Source: Eledone cirrhosa (lineage: Eukaryota). From it: DNA of 64,000 nucleotides. Every line of letters begins with the position of its first letter. Position 1 is the first letter of the stretch. The stretch lies in assembly GCA_964016885.1 (NCBI GenBank), contig OZ024740.1:289478001-289542000 (forward strand), given 5' to 3'. Made by a program: the position numbers and the translations under genes. Of the stretch, positions 1-15,124 are shown in pieces. The notes under the pieces were generated by a model, which saw nothing but the letters and a program-made list of their open reading frames with translations, was not told where the DNA came from and searched no databases.

Positions 1-34
1 TATGTGTGTATTTATTATAACAATATGACCCTCT

Positions 35-80
<46 letters not shown>

Positions 81-301
81 GGTAATTTTGCGGTTTAATC
101 AATACATATAATCTATACATCAATTATGTTTTTCGATAAAAAATGTTCATGAATATACAAATTTAAATGATATATAACAAGATATATCAATTGAGAAACT
201 AGTAGTATGTTGTATATATATACAGAACAAATAATATGTAAGTAAATATACATACTTCAAGATGATAAAATATTTCTACTACTAATTTGTTTAAATTAGT
301 T

Positions 302-493
302 GAGTTGTCTTAATGGGACTTGCTCGGTAGAAGATCAAACGACATGCTTTGACGCATAGAGTTACGGCCCTTGCCATTCTGAGTTCAAATCCCGCCGAGG
401 TTAACTTTGCCTTTCATCCTTACGGGGTCGATAAAATAAAGTACCAGTAATGCACTGGGTAATTGTAGCCTTGTGCCAAAAGTAGAAACAATT
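302..493 (+). mobile_element. tRNA-derived SINE (diverged copy)
   Basis: B-box GAGTTCAAATCCC, conserved core GCCTTTCATCCTTACGGGGTCGATAAAATAAAGTACCAG, 3' end AGTAGAAACAATT; same family recurs more than 10 times in the window. Confidence 0.85.
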
Positions 494-636
494 GTTAGTA
501 CTCCTTACGATCTATACTATATTTGCTCTTCCATTAAACATCATTTAAACACCACATAGAGAACATCTAAAAATTGTTCCTTTGGCAGTTGACTAGTAAT
601 TTTGTGCAGTGTGAGTTATATATATAGAAAACCTAA

Positions 637-755
637 CCTTGCTGATGATGGAAATCATAGTCTTAAGATGCTTATTACCAAAATCGATAATTGGTGATTA
701 CTAAAATCGATGGTTTGTGTCAAGTTTTGACTTTTAGAAACAGATCTGTCTAAGG
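637..755 (+). ncRNA. Type I hammerhead ribozyme with expanded stem II (88 nt)
   Basis: CCTTG-CTGATGA-[TGGAAATCA...TGACTTTTA]-GAAA-CAGATCTG-TC|TAAGG; palindromic stem III; insert flanked by (TA)n. Confidence 0.65.
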
Positions 756-948
756 AACTATAGGCTATTTTATCAAGTATATATATATATGTATATATAT
801 GTATATATGTGTGTGTGAGTGTGTGTGTGTATCCCGGGTTCAATCGGGGGTAACCACAGTAAGTAAGGTACTCAATACATAGCCTTTGATCTATTGAGTA
901 CCTTATTGATGATTTCCCGTGAGTGAAACAGTTCTAGTCCTGGAGAAG

Positions 949-1055
<107 letters not shown>

Positions 1056-1126
1056 AAAATGGAACGGGAACAAAACAGAGAACAAAGGTTTATTAGTTTC
1101 ACGCTCTTGAGAGTACGGGGTGGTGG

Positions 1127-1162
<36 letters not shown>

Positions 1163-1165
<3 letters not shown>

Positions 1166-2680
1166 CAAGTTACTCTTGAGCGCCATGTAACCTGTTGCTC
1201 GGTTGGGTTATCGGTGCTTAAATCGACAACTTCTACCAAGCTTGCTTGATGAGGAGGGGGTTTCTGTGCACCCTGCGGGATGAAAACGAGACCTACCAAA
1301 TGGTGGAGGAACCAATATATTATCTAGGAGAAGGTAACTCTGATATAAAATCCATAAGGATAGATGGTACTCACCAGTCGTAGTGAAGGCAATCCACCTA
1401 GGAGAAAGAAATCTCTGAAATAAAAACCATTCAGCGATGGCTTGCCCCCAGCCTTAAGTATTTTTACACAGAAAATGTTAAAGCTTCTAATAATTCTAGA
1501 TTTCATGAAATGAATAATCGGTATCTTCCGAACTATGATCTAGTCGGAACGATGGTCATTGATGCTAATCTTTTAAAGAAATCTTAAAACTTGCAATAAT
1601 AAATTGCAATAAAACCTTATCAATGACAACATACAATGCTGGCATATTAGTAAAGGACTTCCACACGAATGAATTTATGAATTCAGCAACAGAGCATAAT
1701 CTAAATATTGTATGTGTTCAAGAACATAGGTTCATAAATGAGGAATAGATAAAATACCATCAGCTTAACTCAGAATTCATACTCATTACATCACCGGCTA
1801 TACTAAATAACTCCAATGCTGCAGTTGGTGGTATTGGTTTACTTGTAAATAAACAGGCGCTTTATTTATTATTGACCGTAGAAACTATTTCATCGCGCAT
1901 AATGGAGGCCACTTTTCCAGGAAATCCCCAAACTATCATAATATTCTGTCTCTCCCCACATAATCAATCACATGAGAATGAAATAATTGCTTTGTATCTA
2001 TCAGACGCTGTGAGTCTTATTTCTTCACAAAGCGTAGTTTTCATCGATGGCAATTTCAATTCACAGTTAGATCTAGATAGGGTATAAGATTGCTATCACG
2101 AATTCACAAACCGCAATAAGTATCTATTTGAATTCATGGAATGTTTCAGTCTAGTGCCAGTAATCAATCGCCTTCAAATGAATCAAAAGGACAAGTAGAT
2201 TAAATGTTGAGTAGAAAAAAGTGGATACTATCTGTTTGCAATGCAGAAGCTTATACAAGTACTTTTCAATCATTAACTTCAGATCATAGTTTCAGCAAAC
2301 ATTAAACTTAGACTATGTGCGTCAAAGAAGGTATCTGATTTTTGAACCATAAATTTCAGATTGTTAAGTCAATCAAAAATCCTACAAAATGTGTATAGTA
2401 TTAAGTGTACAACAAATTCTCTGAACTCATGGAAAGTATACTGGAAGAAATTGATATTCAACAGAAATATGATAGCCTAATAAAATCATACTCAGAGGTT
2501 GTTAACGTTCTATTATAAAAAGGGAAGGCAAAGAAATGGTCTAACTCGCATCATTCCAAACCTGTAACCCAAGCTAAAACATATTGAAAGAACATGCTAG
2601 TATCTTGTGAGAGGAATATGATGTAAAATACAAACTTAGAACTGATGATTGTATACAAGACTGCGGAAGAATCATATATC
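1163..2680 (+). mobile_element. Decayed RTE-type LINE 5' part (5' UTR + APE endonuclease relic)
   Basis: Interrupted frames with APE motifs (TYNA, IVCVQEHRF, GGIGLL, SSRIMEATF, GNFN); 5' UTR resembles the RTE-derived heads at 33400 and 34010. Confidence 0.65.
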
Positions 2681-2681
2681 A

Positions 2682-5600
2682 CGACTGAGCGCATGTTGCT
2701 GAACAGCTGCGACAGGTGACCGTACACCCTCACAACTGAGCAGATGTCGCTGTACATTGCTGCGATCCAACCCCTGAAAACGGGCCCGAAACCGGCTGCC
2801 TCGAGGACCGCCGCCAGGTACCGATGGTCGACCCTATCGAATGCTTTGGATTGATCCAAGTTGTTCAGGGCCCCACCCGTGTCAGGTTCCTTAACCACCC
2901 TCTCTATGATGTATCGCATGAGGTGGAGGTTGTCGTGTATGGATCTGTCGGGAATGGCGCATGTCTGCGCCTCTCCCACCAGACCCTTGACGACAAGCGC
3001 CAACCTCGTTGCTAACACCTTGGCCAAAATCTTGAACTCTGCGTTTAGTAGGGTAATGGGCCTGAAATTATCGATAACATCCCCCTTGTTCGGGTCTTTT
3101 CTCAGCAGCGCCACTGCTCCCCGGCTCACAAAACTGGGAATGCTCCCGTTCTTCTGCCAGTTGCAGTAGACGTCTTCCAAGAGGTCACCGAACAAGTCTG
3201 GCATAAATGCATAAAGCTCGTAGGGCAGACCATCCAAACCTGGCGATTTACCCCTTGTGCAGTTAGCCATCGCTTCCCGTATTTCACCGGCTGTTATTGG
3301 CTTTTCGCAACACTGTGCTGCTGTCGTCGAGAGCCGAGGCAGTCCATCGAGGTATGCACTGAAGTCCATGCCCCGATCCGGGCCGCCGCTGCTCCCGAAC
3401 AGTTCAGCAAAGTGCTGCTGAAAAGCTTCACACATCCGCTCGGGCCCATTGGACGGCTTTTGGCCCCTCGTGTTTCAGAGCACGCGCTCTAGCTCTGACA
3501 ACGCAGCCTTCGTGTTTTGCGTTGAAGAATTGGTCGAGTGCCAATTACGCCGCAAGCACGTCGGTTGCGATGCCTGTCCTAAACGCTTCTTCTAGCTTTC
3601 TGACTAGCTCTCCCTCTACTCTATTTTCCTCTATCATTACTCCTTTGCTAAACCTAATCGACTCTACTTTAATTGCCCTTTTCAGGGCGAACCCCCACCT
3701 GTTGTTGATGACCGCTCCCGTCAACGCCCGCTTAACTAATACGCTAATCCGATCTCTGTAGGCTTTGCGCGCCGGGAAATACTCGTTCAGCTTCCAGTAA
3801 CCAGGCCCTTGTCTATGAAGTCTGTCTATGTCGATCTCACAGATCACAAATTTGTGGTCTGTGTAGTCGACTATTTTAAATTGTGGACAACTTATACTAG
3901 CCTTATCTAGTTCTCTGCAGAATACCTTATCGAGATACGATCTGGATGACCCGATGCGGTTTGTCCATGTCCACATTGGCACATTCGGTGATCCAGTCGA
4001 TACCTGTCATCCAGTTCAAAACGTCTGAGCAGGTTGGTGAGGTTCTTGCACCCTCCTCCCCTATCCACTAGCCCCACACAATCCCAGCGTGCATCCAAGA
4101 TACCGTTCCAGTGGCCCACTAACACTAAAGAGCGGGACGTTCCAAGAAAGGTCTCTAGACGTCTGAAGAAACCTGGCCGTCCTGCCCCTGTTGGGGCGTA
4201 GACGGCTACTAGCCTGAAAGCATTGCCTTCGCTGCCGGTCACGTCCAGCACCACCGACTTACCTTCTGGGTCTAGGAAGATGGCCTGTATGGCGAGATCC
4301 AAGCCTCTCCGAAAAAGGACGGCAACCCTTCCCCCGATCCTGGACGGCCGGGAGATGCGTATACATCGTAGCCACCGAAGATCGGTGCGAAAGCTCATGC
4401 TTCGGAGATTCTGGTCTCACTGTATGTTTAGTGACCTGAGGTCATTGAGTAGGTGACCCTGCTTCCAAGATGACCCCAGGCCACGTGCATTTATACTGCC
4501 TATTCTGAGTACGGCCATGTTGGATGAGAAACGAGGCAAATGAGAAAGTGTCACTTACCTTGATCGTGTGGTGAAGGGACAGTAGAACCCTCCCTTTCGC
4601 TGGTCATGGGTGTTTCCAAGAGGATATCAGTGTATATCCTCTTGGTAACCGACCCTCTGAAGTCTCCAACTGCGTTGGGGAATTTTTGTTTTAAAGGTTT
4701 GTACTGTTCTATTTTGATTTCAATGATACTTATGTTTGTCGGGAGAGTTCTTGGTGTTGGTGGGGTGTAGTAGTTTTTTTCTGTGATGTCTGTGTGCTGC
4801 TTTATATATTGTATGAGTTCTTTTTTTGCCATGTTTATGGCTGTGTACTCTTTGGGGAAGGGGTGATTTTGTTGCTGTTTTCTTCTTGTTGCTGTTTGGT
4901 GTGTGTGTCTTGTTGTGTTTGCGTTGTTGGTGTTTTTGGTGATGCTGGCGGTGGTGTGGTTGTTGTTGTCAGTGGTACTTGTGGTGGTGATGGTGGTGGT
5001 GTTGCTGCAAGTTTCCTCGCTGCCTTTACCCTCTTTGTATGCCTTCGCTTTTGGAGGGTGAATCTAAGGGTCTTTTTCTTTTTTCTTTTTTTTTGTGGCA
5101 GACCGTTTGCCACTTCACTCCCGCCTCAAACTCCATGTCGGATTCTGTGGCGTCTGGGAGGGGTATGTGTTCCACGGCTGTTGGTGGTGGTAGTGGAGCC
5201 CTCTTCGGCAATTTTGTTGCTGGTGTAGCTACTTCAAATGTAGCTATTGGTGTTGCCGCCACTGATGATGCTGCTTTAGTTGTCCGTGGCCTTGGTACGG
5301 GTGCTACGGACATTGCCCTCCTACTCACCGTGGAAGGGGCTTCTGCGTTTGTTGCCTGCCCTGCTCTTGGTAGCAACGGACCAGGTATTGGAAGGAGAAG
5401 GGCCTTCTTCTTCGTTGTCTTCTGCGGGCAAAAGGCCCTGAGGTGACCCTTCGACCCACAGAGATAACATTTTGGCCGTCTTCCTTCTACACTTATAGGA
5501 AGTTGGAGTCCTTCCTCGATGTCTATGATATCGGGGATAGCGTCAATACATTCCTGGTCAGTTTGTATAAGCATTTGCATGCCTATACCTGACCAGTTCT

Positions 5601-6887
5601 CTCTCCCTATTTTTTCTACTTGCAGCATGGTCGTCCTGTTCTCGATCCCAGCAAGGACAGACACGGCCAGCCAAGGTTGGGCACGTCGGGTGAAACCTGG
5701 GTCACTTTGACCCTCACAATTTTCTGCCCGCAGTAGGAGGGCACCAAGACTATCTCCTCACTCTTTAGGGTTTCCAAAGAGTGAGACTTTGCTTCCTGGG
5801 GGGGTGGCGAAAAGTACGTCTACTGTGGCGTACTTTCTGCCCCGGGTGATGTGGGTTTTGCGTGCCCAGACGCACCCCAAGGCCTTTTGGATTTGTGCCT
5901 CCGTGGCTCTCTCCACCCGATGTGAGATTTTGCTTACGGTGCGGTAAGTCACCGTCCGTAGCTGCTGGTCCTTGAAAAAATCGGGTGGAGGTTTCAGGGA
6001 GACTCTATTGGCGCTTCTTATCACCATGGCCCTTGCGACTGCCATCTCCTCCTCTGTGACTAACACTGTCTCGATATTTCGGGCGACACCTGCAAAAGAA
6101 GTGGTCCCTTTTTCAGCAGCACCACTATTGTTGCCATTACTGGTCTTACTGGTGGTGCTGAGGTCGCTATTACAGGTATCGATGTCATTGTTGATGTCTT
6201 CGTTGGTACTGTTGTTGCTGTTTTTGTTGTTGTTTTCGTTGATACTGTTGCTGTTTTTACTGTTATTGTGGCTGTTGTTATTATTGTTGTTTTTGTTGAT
6301 ACTGTTCCTACTATTATTGTTGTTGTTGTGGCTGTTGTTATTGTCATTGTTATTGTCGTTCTCGACCTTACCGCTGTTATTTTTATTATTGTCGTTCTCG
6401 ACTTTACCGCTGTTATTTTTATTATTGTCGTTCTCGACTTTACCGCTGTTATTTTTGTTGTTGCTGTTGTTATTGATGTAGTTGTTGGTGTTATTGTTGG
6501 TGTTGTTTGTGTAGAAATATTTGTTAATTTTAAATCTGTAACAATTTTCTTTTCCTTTGTAATATTTTCGTTTATATTTACCTCCGCTGGAACGCTGTCT
6601 TGTTGACATGCTGATAAAGTCTCCCCCTCCCTGTATTGTCTGACAGCGCTCTCTCTGTTTCTTGTGTCATCCATGTTGAAACTTTTTCAAAAAAATATTT
6701 TTACATAAATACGAATACGACGTCCCATAAAGGGGTGCCGTATTATTTATGAGTGAATCCCTGTATTAGGTGGGTCACTTCTAAACTTTTATCAAATTTA
6801 AAATTTGAATAAAAGGTTTAGAACGGTTGAAAACGAGATAAAACGTTGAAAAAAAAACTGGAGGCGATAAGAAGCGTGGCTTCACCA
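2682..6887 (-). mobile_element. L1/Tx1-clade non-LTR retrotransposon, decayed, internally deleted and 3'-truncated
   Basis: ORF1 pieces with Asn-rich linker and CCHC knuckle (CYLCGSKGHLRAFC); frameshifted APE (4520-3545); RT 3435-2690 (KSPGLDG, NFRPITLLN, DQSKAFDRV); closely related to the 6910-12954 element. Confidence 0.9.
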
Positions 6888-7163
6888 ACAACAATAATAA
6901 TAATAATAATGCTTTCTTTATTAACCACAAGGGTTTACATAAAGTAGACATTAAGGACAGTACAGGACAATACAGGACGGTACAAATGGGCATTTCTGCG
7001 TGTAAAAAAAACAAAAACAGAGGATGTAACAAAAAAATAACAATGAAGAATTCCCCAATAGGGGGGAGACTTCCGAGGGACATTTGTGGAGAAAGCCCAT
7101 TAAAATGCCACAGTGACCCTGACCACCAGGGCAAGTGCCCTCTCCCAGTTTTCCACCTTTAAT

Positions 7164-10100
7164 TTACAGACACATACTAAGAGTAGGCCCATTCACTCGG
7201 GCCATACTTTCTTCTCTCACCCATCTTTCAACAAAATGCTGGGAAGAGAGCATTTCCCTCTCTACCCTGATTTTCCTTTTCAAATGAAATTTGAAAAAAT
7301 TAATCAGGGCATCACCGAAGAGGTAAGTGCTCGTCTTCAGCCCTTTCAAACGTGTCCACCATACTATCTCTTTCGCCATGGCCACCAGACAGATAAAAAT
7401 TGCCTGCCCTTCCCGGCTAAAGGAAGAGGGCGGGGCAATCCTCACGATGGACTCAGCTGATAGCTGGATCCGTCCTACACGTGACAGCAGGTGTTCGACA
7501 TAAACCCACAAGTCAGCAATGCTCGGACGCAGGACGAGTTCGTGCAGGACGGTTTCGTCGCCCTGCGCGCATCTCGGACATGCCCGGCTGACAGCACCTC
7601 CATGCCTGTAGAGTTTATCCCGAACTGGCAAAGCTCCTCGGTAGCACTGCCAGGCCAGGGATTTCTGGAAGTTGTCCATAGGCCCTGGCCCGAAAGTTCT
7701 TCCGAAGAGATTGGCTAGTTGATTTTCGTCGACGCCTAGAGTTTCTTCAAGTACGTCGTCGCTCTTCCCCTCCACTAATCCTCTATATAACGCCATGGTG
7801 GAGTTTCCACCGATCACATTGCCCGATTGGTCGAGGGCTGTGAGCGCCTGAAGACATTCCAGTCGCCAAGCGCTCCCTCTCGGTCTTCGCTTGACCCAGG
7901 ACTGCAGCTCCGTCAAGGAGACGAGCTGGGGAAAGACGAGTCTAGCAAACGGCGACCACACCTGATCACCGTCGAGGAAGAGGTGGAGATGTCGTAGCCT
8001 GAGCGCGTGTCTGCGCATCATCAGCCACGGCATGCCCAGCCGTCCACGTAGCGGGTGTTGACAGCAGATGGACCGCCTGACCATTGGAGCGCGTCCCTTC
8101 CACAAAAAGCGAACGAGCAAACGGTCCAGCACAGTCAGGCGGGCCTTAGGACAAGGTACGACTGTCAGGCGGTAGTATATGACGGACGCGATGTACGCGT
8201 TAGCCACCTCCGCTCGACCTTTCAGGGATAGCTTCCTCTCGGCCCATTTCTGGGTGAGAGAAGCCACCCTGCTCGTCACCTCGTACCAGTTTTTGTCCGG
8301 CTGGAGGTCCGGACCAAACCAGACCTCTAGCAATTTAACCGGTCCGTCCGTCCAGCGCCCGACGACGCTGTTGGACGGCATGGACCTGCCTCTCCAGGTG
8401 CCGAGCTGCAGGCCCACTGACTTTTCCTGGTTGATCATTGCTCCTGTCACCGCTTCGTATTCTCTTAGTGTAGTGCCGATCGCTTCGATGTGTTTGGCGT
8501 TCGACACCACTACGGTGACATCGTCCGCATATGCTGACACGGATCTTCCGAATCCTAGTTCGCGCGGGACCCCCCTCAACGCCTCCAGTTTGTGCAGTAA
8601 TGGCTCGAGAGTCAATACGTACAAGAGGGACGAGAGGGGACATCCTTGGCGGACCGAGCGCATGATGTTGAACGGTCCTGAAAGGTGACCGTTCACTTTC
8701 ACCACAGATCAGATGTCGCTGTGAATGGCAGCGATCCAGCCTCTGAAGACGGGCCCAAAGCCAGCCGCCCTCAGGACTGCCGCTAGGTAAGGATGGTCGA
8801 CCCTATCGAAAGCTTTCGACTGATCTAAATTGATCAAGGACCCACCCGTGCCAGGTTCCCTAGCTACCCTCTCTACGATGTATCGCATGAGGTGGAGTTT
8901 GTCGTGGATGGATCTGTCGGGAATGGCGAATGTCTGCACCTCTGCCACCAGATCACCAACGACAAGCGCCAACCTCTTTGCTAGCACATTGGCCAAAATC
9001 TTGAACTCTGTGTTTAGCAGAGTTATGGGCCTGAAATTATCTATGTTATCCTCCTTGTTCGGATCCTTTCTCAGCAGCGCCACAGCTCCTCGGCTCACAG
9101 AGCTGGGAATTCTCCCGTTCTGTTGCCAGTTGCAGTAGACGTCCGCCAAGAGGCCTCCGAACAAGTCTGGCATCTGTACGTAAAGTTCATAGGGCAGACC
9201 ATCCAAACCAGGCGATTTACCCCTTGTGCAGCCAGTCATTGCCTCCCGTACTTCAGCGGCTGTTATCGGCTTTTCGCAACCCTCCGCCTCAGTGGCTGAG
9301 ATCCGCGGCAGTCCGTCGAGGTAGACACTAAAGTCCATCCCTCGATCCGGCCCGCCGCTGCCCCCGAACAGCTGTGCGAAGTGTCGCTGAAAAGCTTCAC
9401 ACATTTTCCCGGGATCGAGTAGCATGCGCCCGTCGTGGTCCACCAAAGACCGGATCGTGGATTAGTTGCCACGACGCGCCTCCGCCACTCGGGCCCATTG
9501 AACGGCTTTCGTCCTCTCGTGTCGGAGAGCATGCACGCTAGCTCTGACAACACAGCCTTCGCGCTTTGCATTGAAGAATTGGTCAAGGGCCAATTTCGCC
9601 GCAAGTACGTCGGTCGCGATGCCTTTGATAAGCGCCTCGTCCAATTTTCTAACTAGTTCTCCCTCTGCTCTATTTTTCTCTATTGCTAAAGCCTTACTAA
9701 ACCTAATGGACTCTATTCTAATCGCTCTTTTCAGAGCAAACCACCACTTGTTGTTGACGATGGCCCCCGTCAACGCCCGCTTAACTAGTTCGCTAATCCG
9801 GTCTCTGTAGGTCTTGCGCGCTGGTAAGGACGCGTTTAGCTTCCAGTAGCCGGGTCCTCGTCTATGAAGCCTATCTAAGTCAAGCACACAGATCACAAAT
9901 TTGTGGTCCGTGTAGCTGGCTATCTTGAATTGTGGACGGCCTATGTTAGACCTATCTATTTCCCTACAAAATACTCTATCTAGATATGATCTGGATGACC
10001 CTATGCGATTTGTCCAAGTCCACATTGGCACATTCGGGAAATCCAATCGGTACCTGTCAGACAGTTCAAAAAGCCTGAGCAGGTTGGTGAGGCTCTTGCA

Positions 10101-10583
10101 CCCTCCTCCCCTATCCGCTAATCCCACACAGTCCCAGCGTGCATCTAAGATACCGTTCCAGTCGCCCACTAACACTAAAGAGCGGGACGTTCCAAGAAAG
10201 GTCTCCAGACGCCGGAAGAAATCAGGCCGCCCTGCTCCTGTCGGGGCATAGACGGCCACTAACCTGAAAGCTTGCCCGTCTCCGCTGGTCACGTCCAGCA
10301 CCACCAACTTACCTTCTGGGTCCAGGAAGATGGCCCGTATGGCGAGATCCAAACCTCTCCGAAAAAGCACAGCAACTCCTCCCCCCGATCCAGGACGGCT
10401 GGGAGATGCGTACACAGCGTAGCCGCCGAAGATCGGTGCGAATGCCCGTGCTTCGGAGATTCTGGTCTCGCTGATGGCCACTACATCTATCTTTAGTGAC
10501 CTGAGGTCGTTGAGCAGGCGGCCCTGCTTCCATGACGACCCCAAGCCACGCGCATTTATGCTGCCTATTCTGAGTGAGGTCAT
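7164..10583 (-). pseudogene. Tx1 ORF2 (APE endonuclease-RT-zinc finger), 1139 codons, two in-frame stops
   Basis: ORFs 9462..10583, 8709..9446 and 7164..8705 share one frame; TAA at 9462-9464 and TGA at 8709-8711; QGCPLS, YADD and CPRC...H motifs. Confidence 0.9.
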
Positions 10584-10875
10584 GTTGAAATGGAGTGGAA
10601 AAGATGGGAAAGACCACTTACCTTACTTCTCGTAGAGGAAAGATGGTTTCTCCATCCTTTTCACTGCTTGTGGCCTCCTCCTTGAGAGTGCTTGTCGGAA
10701 GTCTCCGATGTCTTTGGGGAATTTTTGTTTTAGTGTCGTGTACGTTTTCTGTGTGATGCGAGTGATTTGTATGTGTGGATGTGGTGTGAACTTTTGGAGT
10801 GTTGTGTAGTCTTTTTCTGTGATACTGGTGTTGTTTTGGATATAGTGTAATAATTGGTTGTTGTTCAAATTTAAT

Positions 10876-11061
10876 TGTTTCTACTTTAGGCACAAGGCCA
10901 GCAAATTACCCAGTGCATTACTGGTACTTTATTTTATCGACCCCGTAAGGATGAAAGGCAAAGTCAACCTCGGCGGGATTTGAACTCAGATCGTAAAGGG
11001 ACGTAACTATGCTGGAAAGCATGGCGTCCGACCCTCTACCGATACTGTCATTCCACCGCCC
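10876..11061 (-). mobile_element. tRNA-derived SINE inserted in Tx1 ORF1
   Basis: Full head with A/B boxes; 18-bp TSD TTGTTGTTCAAATTTAAT at 10858-10875 and 11062-11079. Confidence 0.92.
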
Positions 11062-12954
11062 TTGTTGTTCAAATTTAATGCTGTGTAGTGTGTATCGTTT
11101 TGGTTGTTTTGTTTTGTTTGCATTTGTTGTGGGTTTGTTTCTGTTTCGCTTTTTGGTGACTTTTGTGGTGTTGGTGATGGTGGTGTTGGGGTTAATGATG
11201 GTGATGGTGTTGGTGTTTGTGGTGATGGGGTTGGTGATTCTGGTGTGGATGGTGGCATAGCTGTCCTAACCTTTTGTTTGATAGTTTATTTGTTTCCCTC
11301 TGTATTTTGTTTTTGGAGGGGGAAGGAAGAGGATTTTTTCTTTTTTGGCTTCTTTTTCTTTTTTTCTTTTTTCCTGATACAGTTTCCCACTCCTCGTCGT
11401 CACAATCTGTCTCCAGTTGCGATAGGTCGGGGAGTGGAAAATCCTCCACAGGCGTTGGTTTTGGTTGTGGCGTAGTGGATGGTGGAGGCGCTGGTGCTAG
11501 TTCTGGCGCGGTGGGTGGTGGTGTTGTTGGTTTTGCTACTGTTGCTGGGGTTGTTGCTGCTACAGTTGCTTCTGTTGTTGCTGCTACAGTTGTTGCTGCC
11601 ATTTCTGCTGCTGGTGGTGTTGATGGTTGAGTCACTGGGGTGGGTAAGAGAGGTGGCCTCATCTTTTTAGCCTGAGGGCAGAAAGCCTTTAGGTGGGTTC
11701 CTTCACCACAAACGACACACCTAGGCCTTCTACCCTCGACGATTACGGTGAGGTGGCTGCCGTCAGTGAGGTCTATTACCTCTGGTATTTCCTCAATGCT
11801 TTTTTGGTCCGCTTGGATCAGGAGCTCCATTCCAAATCCGGACCAGTTCTCCTGCTTTTCTTTTGATATTTCAATTATTTTGGTGATGGCCTCGATGCCG
11901 GCGAGGACGGCAGCCATTAGCCAGGGAATTTCGATGGCCGGTGGAACGTGGGTCACCCTGATCTTCACAAGTCTCTGGCCACAATAGCTTGGGACGAGTG
12001 TGAAGTCGTCGCTTCTTAATGGGGCCATGGAGTGCTCTCTGGCCTTCTGTGGTGTTCCAAAGAATACGTCCACGGTTCCATATTTCTGCCCACGTCTGAT
12101 GTGGATTTTCTTTTGTCTTTTTGGATTTGGGACTCGCATGCCCGTTCCGCTCGTCGCGATTTTATGTTAATCGTCCGATAAGACACGGTGCATAGGCGCC
12201 GATGCTCCAATTTATTTGGTGGGCGGGTGGGTGGGGGTGGGGGGTGGCCCTGTACCCATCTTTCTTTACTATTCTCTTGGTTTCATTTAATTCCTCCCAA
12301 GTTACCTCGATTGTTTCGCATTTCTTGGCTGCTTTGGCAAACGACACATTTGCGGTGGTGTTGATGTTTTTGTTGTTATTCCCATTGTTGTTGTTGCTGT
12401 TGTTGTTATTGTTATTTTTAGTTTCAGTTGTGGTGGTGGTGGCGTCATTGGTGTTCGGTGTGGAAGAGTCGATTCTGGGTGAATCCATTTCGATGTCACG
12501 AGATAATAATCTATTTATTTCTTTTGTTTCTGTTGTCGCTGTGGTGTAGTGGGGGTGGCAGCTTTAACACCTGCAGTTTTTGGTAATGGCGGGAAATGAA
12601 TGTCTGCATGAGACAAATTTAAATTATTGCTACTGCTTATATTTTTAGTGTTGGTAAACGTAGTAATATTTACAATGGTGGTGTTGGTGTGAGGTGTTAG
12701 TTTGTGAGGAAGGCTGTCAGCTTGGTGTAGCTGTGAGTCGTCCATGATTTTTTCAAAGAAATCTTTGTTTGATAATTATAAAAGTTTAAATTTTGAGCTC
12801 AAGGCCCCAATCTTTTTGAGTGTCCTTTTCCGCTTAACACTTAACAACTTAAACACTTAACAACTAAAATTTTCCATAAATGGCAATTTGAAACAACTGA
12901 AAACAACAAACCTTTGCGGAGCTCACGATGTTACGATTTCCTACGTAGGTCGCC

Positions 12955-15095
<2,141 letters not shown>

Positions 15096-15124
15096 ATTAT
15101 TATTATTATTATTATTGTTGTTAT

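Larger units (their letters stand above)
6910..12954 (-). mobile_element. Near full-length L1/Tx1-clade retrotransposon flanked by (ATT)n at both ends
   Basis: 5' UTR, frameshifted ORF1 (12745-10618, CVVCGEGTHLKAFC knuckle, SINE insertion), ORF2 APE-RT-CCHC, 3' AATAAA then (ATT)n tail. Confidence 0.92.

Noticed and set aside
10876-11061. tRNA gene
   Set aside because: A/B boxes present but no cloverleaf; it is the head of a high-copy SINE with TSD
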